Source: Octopus sinensis (taxonomy: Eukaryota). From it: a stretch of 64,000 nucleotides of DNA. The notes beneath the pieces are model-generated. The model was given only the letters and a program-made list of their open reading frames with translations. It ran no database searches and had not been told where the DNA came from. The DNA lies in NCBI RefSeq assembly GCF_006345805.1, contig NC_043004.1:4464001-4528000 (forward strand), read 5' to 3'. The position numbers and the translations under genes are program-made. Below are positions 46,487-59,790 of this stretch, piece by piece; positions within the stretch are counted from its first letter, which is position 1; each line of letters begins with the position of its first letter.

Positions 46487-48896
46487 CATGCATATGTCTT
46501 TGTATATGCAACTGTCCCCACTACTATCATTTGACAACTGGAGTTGGTTTGTTTACATCCCTTTTCAGTTTAGCAAAAGAGAATGCTTTAAAAAACAGTA
46601 CTGAGGTCAAAGCAGTGCCCCAGCATGGCCACAATCCAACAACTGAAACAGTAAAAGATAAAAAGAAATATCTACTCTGCCACATACCCCCCACCACAGT
46701 CACACACAAACAACCACAGCAACATATTTCCATGAACTTAACTTTGCAATCACAGAGTTCAGAAATTAGATCATCTCAACATAATTATGGGTTGACCCTT
46801 GTGAGTGACAGTGAAAAATAAACTGATGGGTAGAAGCTCATTAAATGGGGCTGTATTTATTCTTGGAGAATAGGTTTAATCCGTTACTCAGTTTAACCCC
46901 ATCACCTTGTCACAGGCTTCTTTTGGTATAATCCACTCTCTTGGAAGTATTCAGAGAGGTTTCTGGTTTGAGACGATGTGCTGCTATTACTGGAATGAAC
47001 CAATAATTATTTCTACCTTTTTTCCACCAATCCTTAGACACCCTGTAAAAGGTCATGGGTACTGATCTTCCTCACCTGACTAAGTCAGAGGAAGTAAAAT
47101 CCCAACATATATTATCCTTATGGAATACAAGTTACCATAACTACCACTGCAGACTGATGTATGCCCTCTTAGAATTCTGAAAGCAAAACTATATATAATT
47201 AAATTAAAACATGCTGTAACCAGAAATTTGACATTTCATTGAACATTATTATAATAATGTTATAAAGGCCAACTTCTGAATCACTGACTGAAGGCTCCTT
47301 AATCTATTTAACCTTTTCTCGAATACAATATTCCAAATGCGGAAGCCTCTGTGGAAGTATTAGAACTGCTAGAAATAGAAGAAAAATTCCCCATAATAAA
47401 GGAAGTCACATTATATTGTAGTGAGAACCCAGCTGAAATTTGAGGCATAGTTCTCATACTTTCCTGATATAAAATCACAGCTTAAAATGTTCCCATAACA
47501 GGAAAAGTCACAATAAAAGATATCAATGCCTACTCAAATATGGCTTGGCTAATTGGCACTGGCTGACTGATTTATGTTAAGGCAACAACTTCATAGGAAG
47601 TGTACAAGTTTTCCTGCCAAATGGATTCTACAACCTTCTTAGCTGTCAGTTATTTAAGCTAATTCAAATTAAGAGTTACCCCAGGTTTATATTCCAGGTC
47701 ATGTTGTCCCCCTTCCCATGTAATTGTCTCTCATCTCTTTTACTTACTCTCAGCCTAAAGGGAGAGTTAGTTTGGATTTGCGTGAGTCAGTTGTTTTTCC
47801 TGTTTGGTAATCTGTCTCGCTTATCTTTCTCTCCTATTCACAAGCCTTAAATTAGTAGTATCAATTAACAAATATTCATTATATGCACGGATTCATATGT
47901 CTTGTATTTCTTACGCAATATTAATTTATTGACTAATCCTATAATTTAACGACTAGCCCTATAATAGTGTAATTGGCTAATAAAATATTTGGAAACTTAA
48001 ATGAATCTAAGAGTGGTTATTGTTAAGAGACAGCTCAACAGCCCATCTCATATGAGAATAGCTAGAAAAAAGAGGACTAACAATTGCACCAAGATATAAT
48101 GTAGTCCTAGATACTACTAGCACTCCATCGGTTATGATGACGAGTGTGTTCCATCCAGGGTGGCCCTTCCATTTGCTGGCCCCAGACACCACAAAAACAT
48201 ATTGCCTACAGCAGACCCAAAATTACTGCCACTTTAAAAGTGATGCCCGGGATGGACAGCCCCTACCATGACCCCCTAGCTACACAAGTAGTTCCCGTTG
48301 ATTTAATCAATGGAACAACCTACTTCTGAGATTAACGTGCAAGTGGCTGAGCACTCCACAGACATACATACCCGTAACATAGTTCTTAGGGAGATACAGC
48401 ATTACATGGATTGTGACACGGCTAGCTCTTTGAATTACAGGTGCTATGCATTTTCACCTGCTGAGTCAAATGGAGCAACGTGAAATAAAGTGTCTTGCTC
48501 AAATATTGAACTCACAACCTTATGATCATGAGCCAAATACCCTAACCACTAAGCCATATGTCTTCTAGATAAACTATGTCAGATAAAAAAGTGGGGTTGT
48601 TATGGATGGAATATATCTGAACAACTGGGGTTATAATATTCAAAAATATTCAGGAAATGCCAACATTTTACAGATAAATTATAAAAGAAAGACTAAGTTT
48701 ATAGTCTGAAAAATTATGCCATCAATATTGAAGGAAATGTTGTCTGTTTTACAGACAGACACACTATCAAAGATGCTAAGAAGCAAGCCAAACAAGGTAA
48801 CTGCTGTATGGTTAGTCTACCTAATAGAAATAATAACCAAGTCTCCCTTGTATCATACTTTACAACCTTAGATCAGGAAGGACAGAAGGATGTATG

Positions 48897-49160
48897 TATG
48901 CACATGAGCAGACAATTCTTTGACAGACAATTTGCCGACAAACATTTCACCAACAGACAGTTCCCACACAGCCTCAGACACAACACGGAGGCCTACATCA
49001 AGTACGTGGGGAGGTTGTGCTGTCCTGGGTCAAGAAGACGGCTGCTGGAACACCCTGTATCTGGCAACAGGACGCTGTGCCATACCACACAATTGTCCGG
49101 TTTGTAAGTTGTTTGTCGACCAACAATCTGTCAACAAATTGTCCGTCTACCCGTATGCAT
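48897..49160. mobile_element. MITE-like element with repeated subterminal gacaa/ttgtc motifs
   Basis: gcagacaattctttgacagacaatttgccgacaaac ... gtttgtcgaccaacaatctgtcaacaaattgtccgtc. Confidence 0.5.
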
Positions 49161-49528
49161 TCATTTGACAAAAATATTTAGTCCACCAGTTTGTGTGCTT
49201 TAGGCAGGCCTAGCAATTGACAAAGTGAAATTGATAAAATGAGTACCAGACCAAGTACTAAGGTTGATGATCCCAGCATGACCACAGCCATTCAACTAAA
49301 TCCAGTAAGATAATAAAAACTAACAAGAAGACTTCTATAAGGATCCATTGAACTTGCATGTAGTCCCAGTTTCTTCTTATCCAGAAGAAAATATATTTCT
49401 TCTGAACAAGAAATGTTTTCTTCTATGACAATGAAACACTGGGCTATCAAGACAGCTGCAAGAAATAGCGACTAAATTTCCCTCAAACCACACTTTACTG
49501 GGAAGGTAGACATTAAGATGATGATATA

Positions 49529-49745
49529 TGAGGGGGTGCTGAAAAGTCCCTGGCTTTAAAGATATCATGAAAAGCCTGGTTAGAGGCCCAACCTTTCAAG
49601 CTTTTTTACAGGGCTTAGAAAAACTGAAGGACCGCTGCAATAAGTGTGTGAATTTGAGAGGGGAATATGTTGGATAAAATCATAATTAACTGATCTTCTG
49701 GTCTTTACTTTTACTCAAAGCCTGGAACTTTTCAACAACCCCTTG
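49529..49745 (+). mobile_element. Mariner-derived MITE (second copy, opposite orientation, 61348-61565)
   Basis: TIR tgagggggtgctgaaaagt; interior encodes GLEKLKDRCNKCVNLRGEYV*, a mariner transposase C-terminus. Confidence 0.75.
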
Positions 49746-49755
49746 TGTGTGTATG

Positions 49756-49844
<89 letters not shown>

Positions 49845-50268
49845 GCTATTATGTTAAACTGTTGTATGTCCAAATTTGGTCAAATGCACTTTTTTCAGTT
49901 TTTTTTTTTTTTTTTTTTTTTTTTGCTTACAATAGCTGTTCTTTTGGTCAAACTGTCATATCTCCAGCTACTTCAGGTGCCAAAATAGCAAAAATTGTCA
50001 AAGTGTAGTACAACAGTTTTGCTATGGAATGGTGAAACTATTTTTTTGTTTTCTGAAATAGCAATGATATATATATATATATAATCATCATCATCATCAT
50101 CATTTAACGTCCGATTTCCATGCTGGCTTGGGTTGGACAGTTTGACTGAAGTTTGGCAAGCCAGTGGGCTGCACCAGGCTCTAATCTAATCTGGCAATGT
50201 TTCTACAGCTGGACGCCCATCCCAATGCCAACCACTCCATGAGTGTAATAGGTGCTTTTTATGTGCCA

Positions 50269-50300
<32 letters not shown>

Positions 50301-50303
<3 letters not shown>

Positions 50304-50716
50304 CGCAGGAGTGGCTGTGTGGTAAGTAGCTTGCTAACCAACCACATGGTTCCGGGTTCAGTCCCACTGCGTGGCATCTTGGGCAAGTGTCTTCTGCTAT
50401 AGCCCCGGGTCGACCAATGCCCTGTGAGTGGATTTGGTAGACAGAAACTGAAAGAAGCCTGTCGTATATATGTATGTATATATATGTATGTGTGTGTTTG
50501 TGTGTCTGTGTTTGTCCCCCTAGCATTGCTTGACCACCGATGCTGGTGTGTTTACGTCCCCGTCACTTAGCGGTTCGGCAAAAGAGACCGATAGAATAAG
50601 TACTGGGCTTACAAAGAATAAGTCCCGGGGTCGATTTGCTCGACTAAAAAAAGGCGGTGCTCCAGCATGGCCGCAGTCAAATGACTGAAACAAGTAAAAG
50701 AGCAAAAGAGCAAAGA

Positions 50717-50718
<2 letters not shown>
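50301..50718 (+). mobile_element. SINE family 1 (young full-length copy)
   Basis: aggcgcaggagtggctgtgtggtaag...gggttcagtccc...gaaacaagtaaaagag. Confidence 0.9.
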
Positions 50719-50768
<50 letters not shown>

Positions 50769-50769
50769 A

Positions 50770-51769
50770 TAAATTGTGTATCACGCTTTATTGCAGGTCA
50801 AATTTTTATTGATGTTTTGATTATTAAATATTGTACAAATGTGAAACTTGGTCCACTGAAAGATCCTAGGTAGGTACGTACACAGTGAACATTTCAATTG
50901 TATTGATAAGCTACATACAAAGTTATGTTGAGGTATGTAATTTGAAGTGCTTTCAACTGTGTCATGCTTTATTACAGGTGTACAAAAATGTCTCTGAAAC
51001 GACATCTGACAGCTACAGAGAAGATGCAGATTGTTGCAGGTCTCGCAGAAGGTTTACCTGTGGGAGAATTAGCCCAAGAGCTTGGTCGGGATACAAGAAC
51101 ATTGAAGGCGTATGTGGAAAACCTCATCCCCAAACCAAGGCAAGATAAAGGTACAAGAAGAAGTGTATCTCAGAGTGACATCCAAAAAATAGGTAGACAA
51201 GTAAGAAAAGACCTCAATAGCACAAGTGCTGCCATATTTGAAAGTGCTGGGGTTGCTCTTTTGTCCAGAAGCACCTGGTGTAGCATCCTTAAAGAGATGG
51301 CCAGAAGTGTTAAGTGCATTGCTAGACCCATCCTAAGCAAGAACCACAAAGAGAAGTGTATTGATTAGGCATGGAAGTACATGAAAATCAATTTCCAAGA
51401 TGTCTTCTTCATGGATGAGGCCAGAGCTACTCTGGATGTCCCCGACAGATGGACCAAAGTTTGGGTACCTCTTGGAGCTTCTCACCTGCAATGCATTTGG
51501 CGTCAACAAGGAGGTGGTGGTGTAATGTTCTGAGCTGGAATTATAGGAAATGAACTTGTCAGGCCTTTCAAGTGCCAGAAGTTATCAAACTCACCAGCAA
51601 CTCCTACACTGCATTTCTGGAGGAGCATTTTCCAGCATGGTTAGATGATCTGCCACTCTCATGTTGATGGCGATTGATTTTTATACATGACAATGCTACT
51701 TCGCAATCAGTCAAGCCTACAATTTCATACCTCGCAACTTTGGGAATCACAGGCCAATCACTCATGGCT
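50770..51769 (+). mobile_element. Degenerate Tc1-like transposon (HTH and DDE fragments), truncated by a SINE at 51770-52118
   Basis: ORF 50964..51368 has an HTH (ELAQELGRDTRTLK), then VFFMDEARATLD, RQQGGGGVMF*AGI and HDNAT motifs with stops and frameshifts. Confidence 0.85.
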
Positions 51770-52359
51770 TGGTCGAGCAAATCGACCCCAGGACTTATTC
51801 TTTGTAAGCCTAGTACTTATTCTATCGGTCTCTTTGGCTGAACCGCTAAGTTACGGGGACGTAAACACACCAGCATCAGTTGTCAAGCGATGTTTGCGGG
51901 ACAAACACAGACACACAAATGCATACACACACACATACATATATACATATACATGACGGGCTTCTTTCAGTTTCCATCTACCAAATCTACTCACAAGGCT
52001 TTGGTTAGCCCAAGGCAATAGTAGAAGATACTTGCCCAAGGTGCCACGCAGTGGGACTGAACCCGGAACCATGTGGTTGGTAAGCAAGCTACTTACCACA
52101 CAGCCACTCCTATGCCTATCTGAGGCTAAATTACAAGCAACAGTAACAACAACTAAATTATCATTGATAAATCTTTCCCTATACTGTGATGTTACTGTAA
52201 CTGAATACTTACATCGTGGTGCCTGGTTGCAACTATGTGGACTTAGCTGTTGAGAGTTTGGTGTCTTTGGCAAGGATGTAATGTGGTAGTGGGGGAACAG
52301 GATATGAATTACCAATCTCTTTTTCACACACACACTGAATTAAGTATGGCAATGTCAGT

Positions 52360-53230
52360 GGTGATGAGCCGATAATTATCCTGATGAAAGCACCACTGGT
52401 GATGAGATGATGATAGTGATAAGGAGATGTTGACAACAATGTGAAGATGATCATGAAAATAGCACAGTTGAGAATGATATGAATGATGATGGATGGTAGC
52501 ACTGATGATGATGATGGGATGATCGCAGTGGTGATGGGATGATTATGATGATGATTATGGGATGACCATAGTGGTGATGGGATGACCATAGTGATGATGA
52601 TGATAATGACAATGACAGTAGTGGTGAAGGTGATGATGATGGCCGTGATGATAATGATGATGACAATGGCAGTGGTGATGGTGTGATGATGATGATGATG
52701 ACGTGGTGGTTGCTATGGTGATGGAAAGATGATGATGATGATAGCATTTGTAACAGAATGATGATGTTAACTGGGTTTTTTTTTTACCCCCTGGTTATAT
52801 CAATCAGCGACATGAGCTCAGACGACTTCTGGTACAGAGAAGCCGGTCATCAAAATATTGTTGAACACCACCACATCGGCCTCTATCAGTAGACTACATT
52901 AATGAAGTGTGGGTAGGGGTAGGGTGGGTTAGATCAAATAGATCTAACAACTGCCTCGCCTCTCCTACTGTTGCTCTCATCACTACCATCTCCAATGCTA
53001 TCATTACCACCACTGCTGTTATCATTACCACTGTAGCTGTCACTATTCCTATCACCACCACCACCACCACCACCACCACTGTATCTGTCATCTCTACCAC
53101 TGCTGCCACACTGCAGTTGTCATCACTACCACTACAGCTGCAACTGTCGCCACTCCCACCAACACTGTTGCTGTCATCACAAACCACCACAACAAAAAAC
53201 AACTGCTATTGCCACAACCGTCCCTTTCAT
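52360..53230. repeat. Degenerate (GAT/GGT)n and (CAC/CAT)n simple repeats
   Basis: Direct reading. Confidence 0.85.
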
Positions 53231-54365
53231 CACAACAAATCGATACCTTAATGGACTTTTAGAATAGAACAATGTTTTACATTTTCTGATTTAGTTGATG
53301 TGGACATATTTTATCCATTACAATAGTTGGCGTGGAGGAAAAAGCTGGGTAGGAAGAGGCATAAAAACAAAGCGAGGTGGAGAGATATGTAGTGTGTGTG
53401 AGAGAGAGAGAGAGAGAGACCAAGAGAAAACCAAAGAGAAGGACAGTGGAAGTGTGAGAGAGAGGGAGAGAGAAAGAGAGAGGGAAAGAAAGATAGAGAG
53501 GAGGAGAGCAAAAGAGAGAGAGAGAGTGCGAGAGATATATATTACAAATGTGATCCAGAAGATATTAAAAGATGGTCTCCCAGTCCCCCACTCTCTCATA
53601 CATACATATCCACAGATGATGATAATAGTGATAAGAGGAGGTGAAATGGGTACTACAACATGCAACTGAGATGGTAGCAAAGTCATTAATTAAGATTAAA
53701 TTACCAGGCAAAATAATAAAGATCAGTAAGCTGTTGGAAGATAAACAAACCACCAACTTAACCAAGCACACAGCATGACAAGCAAGTCCAGATGAACACA
53801 GCACAAAACAACCCAGTCTACTTCAGTATAAGTCAATACAGAACAGTACAGCTCAGACCAGCGTGACTCACCACATCACAATACAGCGCGGCTCAACCCA
53901 GCGAAGAACAGCTCAACCAAGCTAAGCACATCACAACATAGTTGAGTCTGGATGGACATGGCTCAAGACAACCCAGTTAAGTTCAGTACAGCATAGCACA
54001 GTTTAACACAGTACAGCATAGCCAAGTTCAACAAAGCTACATTCTGAAGATAACTTCTCTTTCCACACCAATCTCAGTTCCTCCTTAAATAAGCCATAAT
54101 TTTTTTTTTTTAAATTTGAAAATTTCTAGACTATTTATCTCTTATTTACTTTATCAGTATTCTACACAATATTTCAATCTGTCCATTTCTAAGAATCTTC
54201 AGGTATCTTCAGAGAGAGAAAATAAAAAGACAATCTCTCTGGAGCTGGTGTCGCAATATAATGTGCTCAATATCCTCTCTAACATGGTCAGTGTTGTGAT
54301 GGGCATCCAACAGTAGAAACCAAATCAAAAATTAATCATACAAGTGGTCTCCCAACCATCTAGGA

Positions 54366-54771
54366 CAAGGCAGGACAACCTGAGGCCTGCGGCCCACAGA
54401 CTTTTTAACTTGTGGCCTGCTCGATACTTTCTAGAAATGGGTTTATTTAAACAAACATTTTAAAACTTTTATCAAAAATTAAAGATTGTAATGACAAGTA
54501 AAGAGAAAGATACTACTGTTTTTGCAACGATAATATTTCATGCTAAATCAACAATCATTCAATCGTTATTTTCAAAATAAATTTAAAATTTATAAGTGGC
54601 AATAAAGCAACAGCCTACAATTTTATAATTTTAAACAAACGAAAAGTATGAAAAATTCTTGATTCTGTAATTGGATTATTTGACTTGAAGTGCATAAAGT
54701 ATACAAGCGGCCCTCAAAAGACTTTCTGTGATTCAAGTGGCCTGCAATGTAATTCGAGTTGGCCAGGCCTG
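54366..54771 (+). mobile_element. Complete hAT (Charlie-like) MITE with 8-bp TSD
   Basis: TIRs caaggcaggacaac / gttggccaggcctg; TSD atctagga at 54358-65 and 54772-79. Confidence 0.88.
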
Positions 54772-56009
54772 ATCTAGGAAAACAGTAACACCAAATAAGA
54801 ATCAACAAGGAATATGACAACTTGTCCAATCTATGCCAGTATGGAAAGTGGATGTGAAATGAAAATGTTATATGGTACCTTGGTTAAGTGTCTTTTACTA
54901 TAGCACAGGATCAACCAAAGCCTTGCGAGTAGATTTGGTAGATGGAAACTGAAAGAAGCCTACAGTGTGTGTGTCTTTGTCTTGACATCACATGTTAGTT
55001 ATAACTGATTGGTACTGTCATATAAGCAGTGCCATTCATTTTCAATATTCTGCAGGAACATATCTGATCACAGAAAAATATTGTTTTGCTCAGAAACAGG
55101 TGAATGTTAGTGAAAAGAAAAGCAGAAGGCTGTAGAAAATCCATCTGAACAAATTCTGTCCAACCCATGCAAGCATGGGAAAGTGGATATTCATAACAAT
55201 GATGATGATACACACACACATACAACACATATGCAACTCATATTATTTGAAACTTGTAATTTTTATTTCTCATACAACAAATCAACACTCTTCACCAACC
55301 CCGCCTCAAAATAGTACCAGATTAGTGAAGGGTGTTGATGTTTTTAGCTTGAAATAAAGGCTCCAATTTGGTCCCAATCTCAGTTTACGTGAATGTGTAT
55401 GAATAGGACACTTAAAGATGATCAACGAATAAGCTGATCAATACACAGTAAAGGAAGCATGAACACTTGCAAGCAAGAGAACTTTACTTGATCAAGATCC
55501 TACCCATACCGAGGATCAATGTAAACCCTTGATCAATGCTTAAATCTAACAACAAATCCAAATATCAAAAATATTTAAATGGATTGGCTGTAGACTTTAC
55601 CAAAATCCTAATAAAAAACAGAATAAAAAACAAAAAAAAAAATTGCAAATAATTTAGATCTTTTATATCAAACTAAGAATTTCATGAGTCAGCAAGGTAG
55701 CTTCTATATGGCCATTCGATCTGCTAGAAATAGCAGCCAAATCTTTCTTAAATTACAACCAACCAATTTCAGCAACACATTAAATAATGTAATTGTAAAT
55801 ACTCCTAAAGTAAAGACACAAGGCCTGGTAATAAAAGTGTTACGCTCAGGATCGTAAGATTCTGGATTCAATTCCTGAATCAGGTGTTCTTGAGCAAAAT
55901 ACTTCATTTTATATTGCTCCAGTCCACTCTGTTGTATAAGAGTCCCAGCAATAACTAGGAAGTCAACACGGCAACAGACTGACATCCCAGTAAAGGAAAG
56001 AGGTGCCAT

Positions 56010-56515
56010 AATCTCAGTCATGCACAATTCCTCTGCTAAAATGGAATGCACCAATCCTGTGCTTGTTCCCACTTCATGAGCAATTTCCATGAGTTGTACA
56101 ACAGTCATCTATGAATATTTGCCAGACCTTCTCAATCAGTTCCTTATTTCAGCTTGTGGACGGCCAGCTTGAGTGTCCCTTACTCTCCACTGAGATACAG
56201 CTATGTTTGAAGTGGTTATACTACTCCTTGATCTGAGTTTTGTTCATGGCATCTTTGTCAAAAGCCTGATGAATCTTCTGGATGGTTTGAGTTTGAGTAT
56301 CACTGAGTCTTTGGAAAAACCTGGTGCAAATCTCTGCCCAATGCGTTCAGTGGAAACAAAAATCCAGCAAGTGCACACTTGTACTCTCGGTGTAACAACT
56401 GGGAACTGACACAGCCTACTGGCATAAAAATTTTCATGCATGCATGCATAAGGGTGGAGTCACTAATTTTGGGTGGGAGAAAATAAGTTGGATACTTTTT
56501 TTAACATATTTCGTA
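56010..56515 (-). mobile_element. Mariner transposon 5' fragment
   Basis: TERIGQR..., EIAHEVGTSTGLVHSILAEELCM (mariner HTH); end tacgaaatatgttaaaaaaagtatccaac. Confidence 0.7.
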
Positions 56516-58362
56516 AACATTGCAATCCTTCTGCATAATTACATCCCTGTGAAAGTTGCTACCACTTCATGACACATAGTAATTATATATAAGTAAATCA
56601 TGATTGAAAAGATGTGATCAATCCTGATCAAGAGAACTCTATGAAGACTAGGACATTGCCCTCATTCAATAACTAATGAAAAGAGAATGCAATAAATTCA
56701 TTTTATTTTAGCAAATGACCCAGAACTTCCTTTAGGTGAATGCTTTGTTTACACTTTTAGTTTTTTTCTTCCCTTTTTTACCTCAGTAGCACAGCAAAAA
56801 AAAAAAAGCCATAAATAGTAAATAAATAAATAGAACAAATAAAAGAACACTTCTTTATAGCAAGATGGACTCATAAGGTAGAAAAAAAAAAACTGTACAG
56901 AAAATCATCAATATCAATTAACGATGTATTTGAAACCTCTCAGGCCAGGCAAAACCGGACACCAATGCAAAACCTTTTAAGACAAATTAGTATGTTTGGC
57001 CTTGTTGAAGGAAATGTACAGTAACAATATCACTGCATTAAAAGTTAATGTATATGACAAGCGACAGTGTGAGAAGATAAAGATTGGATGTGGTCAGTAG
57101 GTGGCGTAACCATTAGCAACTGGTAATGAATATGATAACAGTAATGGTCATGGGAAGGGGGGACGGGGCCTAGATCAACAAAGTAGGCGGCTTTATTACT
57201 TAAATTATCTGCTTAGTATCAGAAAAGGAGAACAGAACGCTAAAACCTAAAGAGCTTTCGTTAGCCATGTAATTTATTAACAAAGTACTTTTGCAACAAC
57301 AACAGGCATAAATGAATGAGCTACAAAGCAGCATCTGTGTAACAAATCATTTATTAAATAAGATCAGTAATCAACTGCACTAGAGTGCATTTGTGCATGC
57401 AGAATGCATAAACACCACTGTAAACAAGATAATAGCCAGTTTATATTTGTTTTGGCAACTTATGTAGACCATTCAGTCAAGTACATAAAGACTATTAATA
57501 GCTGCATGTTGAGCTAATTGTAGATGAACAGTAATAGCACCTGACATTGAAAGACAACATAAAAACAGTTTCAAGTTTTTATAAAGGGAGTGGATGCGAA
57601 CCAAATATAACACTAATCATAAGATCATCTCTTTGTGTAAAGCTGTCCCTGCTCCCATCCCGCCCCAGAATTTATAGTCTTGTAAGCTGCCTGGTGACCA
57701 CAATAGTGCTGGTAGCACAAAAACAAATAAAAAGCACCCAGGGTATGCTGTAAAGTGGTTGGTGTTAAGAAGGGCATACAGTCATAGAAATCATGCCAAA
57801 GCAGATACTGAGGCACAATGCAGTCCTTGGACCCACCCGATCCTGTCAAACTGTCTTACCTATGCCACCATGGAACATGGACGTTAAATGATGATGATGA
57901 TGATGATTAAAGGACTTCCAGTCTTGAGATATTTCATTTTTCTTTCTTTTAGACATAGAGTATCTAAGTGGCCTTATTCAATGCATCCTTTGTTATTTGA
58001 GATAGTGAGATGTGCTTTGGGGAACATTTCACTCTCGTTTCTTTGAGGTCAAGTGACAGCATTGATGGCTCACAATAGAGAAGGTTGTCACAAATAAATA
58101 TTTTCGCAAGAACCAAACTAAAAGGCAACCTGCACATTTTTCCTTCAAGGGATTCTATTAGTTTGCTCCTGAAGTAACAAAGCTCATTGATTTACACTAA
58201 AGAAGAAAAGACAACTCTTCTCACAATATACAAAAAGAATTAGTGTTATTTAGAATTTTGTCAAAATATATACCTGAATCTTTCACTTCTATATTTAAAA
58301 GATGAGGAATTATGTACATTATTTACATTCGATGGATATTTGTCCTCATCTTGTTTGTTGTT

Positions 58363-58408
58363 AACACAACGTTTCGGCTGATATACCCTCCAGCCTTCAT
58401 CAGGTGTC
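58363..58408 (-). ncRNA. Minimal type-I hammerhead ribozyme motif
   Basis: GACAC CUGAUGA A GGCUG(GAGGGUAUAU)CAGCC GAAAC GUU GUGUU. Confidence 0.8.
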
Positions 58409-58614
58409 TTGGGGAAATTTCAAACCTGAGTTCTCATTCCTAAGGTATTTTTCTATGTTGTTATTGTTGTTATTATTATTATTATTGTTCAGGTCACTGC
58501 TTGGAATCAAACTCAGAATCTTGGGATTAGTAGCCCACACTCTTAACCACTACGCCAAGATTCCAAGTGCGATTCCAAGCAGTGACCTGAACAATAACAA
58601 TGGTAATAATAATG

Positions 58615-58645
<31 letters not shown>

Positions 58646-58705
58646 CAACAACAACAACATCGAAAATACCTTAGGAATGAGAACCCAGGATCAAAATTTC
58701 CCCAA

Positions 58706-58751
58706 GACACCTGAAGAAGGCTGGAGAGTGTATCAGCCGAAACATTGTGTT
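58706..58751 (+). ncRNA. Hammerhead motif, stem III mutated
   Basis: GACAC CUGAAGA A GGCUG(GAGAGUGUAU)CAGCC GAAAC AUU GUGUU. Confidence 0.6.
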
Positions 58752-59169
58752 AACAATAAACAAGATGAGGACAAATATCCGTCAAATGTAAATAACGTAC
58801 CTGAATCTTTGTTGTCAATAAGAAACAAACATTCTTTATTAGGCTGACCCAGTGTTCTTTCTATGACAGACCAGTAAATTGGTTCACTCATTTTCAAAGG
58901 GTTAAGTAAAGCTGGCACTCCAACAGTTATCTCAAGTGTTCCAGTTGATGTGATCAACAGAACAACCTGTTCATGAAATTCAAGTGCAAGTGGCAGAGCA
59001 CTCCACAGACATGTGTTTCCTCAACATACTTCTGAGAGAGATTCAGTGTGACAAAATGCAACAAGGCTGGCCTTTTGAAATACAGGTACAATTTATTTTT
59101 GCCAGCTGAGTGGACTGGAGCTCAAGTACACAAAATATGAGGATGATGATGACGATGTAAGTCAAAATA

Positions 59170-59520
59170 AATAGTGAGTAAAATCCCAGCTAGTGCTGCT
59201 GGATGGCAGACTCTAGTGACAATGTTATTCTGCACTTTCCAATCCATGGTGCAGGCCTTAGCATGCTTGAGGTCAAGGTACTGCTACTTCAGGTCTTGCT
59301 CAGTTTGTTTTGCCCATGTCTTCTTTGGTGCACTGCACTGGATTCTCCAGTGCGTGGGTTGTTACCGTCACAAATGTTAGTGTGGTAGTCTTCTGGTGAT
59401 GTGACAAAACCACTGTAGCCCGCACCGCAGGACTTGGTTTTCAATGGTCGGCTGCTGGTGGCACTGTTCTCAGATGATGATGACTTCTTGCAACACAATG
59501 CCTCACAAAAAAGACTTTCT
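59170..59520 (-). mobile_element. Degenerate LINE (RTE-like) ORF2 3' fragment
   Basis: TIENQVLRCGLQWFCHITR and PKKTWAKQTEQDLK motifs. Confidence 0.6.
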
Positions 59521-59604
59521 AGTTATCGCTGCAATCAGTTTGATCTGAAGTCTGCTTGATCAGGCTGATCTCATAAGTAGCAGCAACAGCAAACAACAAC
59601 TGAG

Positions 59605-59790
59605 GTGGAGGTGCAATGGCCCAGTGGAGAGGGCAGCAGACTCGCGGTCGTAAGAACGCGGTTTCGATTCCCAGACCGGGTATTGTGAGTGTTTATTGAG
59701 AAAAACCACCTAAGCTCCATGAGGTTCCAGCGGAGGTGGGGGCTGAACCCCGCTGTACTCTTTCACCACAACTTTCACTCTTTCTTCCTA
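59605..59790 (+). mobile_element. tRNA-derived SINE (distinct family)
   Basis: tggcccagtgg A box, ggtttcgattccc B box, non-tRNA body. Confidence 0.65.

Larger units (their letters stand above)
58284..58797. mobile_element. Family A element: inverted tRNA-headed hammerhead retroelement
   Basis: 13-bp TSD tacctgaatcttt (58271-83 / 58798-810); tRNA-like head 58491-58557(-) TGGCGTAGTGG...GAGTTTGATTCC. Confidence 0.85.

Noticed and set aside
52233-53686. His/Ser/Thr/Val-rich ORFs on both strands
   Set aside because: Degenerate trinucleotide and GA repeats; not credible exons.
58491-58557. Possible tRNA gene (also 29670-29741 and 59605-59680)
   Set aside because: A/B boxes are present but there is no proper acceptor stem, and the sequence continues into a repeat body: SINE heads.
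59289-59498. GC-richer ORF as an exon of a second gene
   Set aside because: Another frame shows LINE ORF2 motifs (LQWFCHI, KKTW); transposon fossil.
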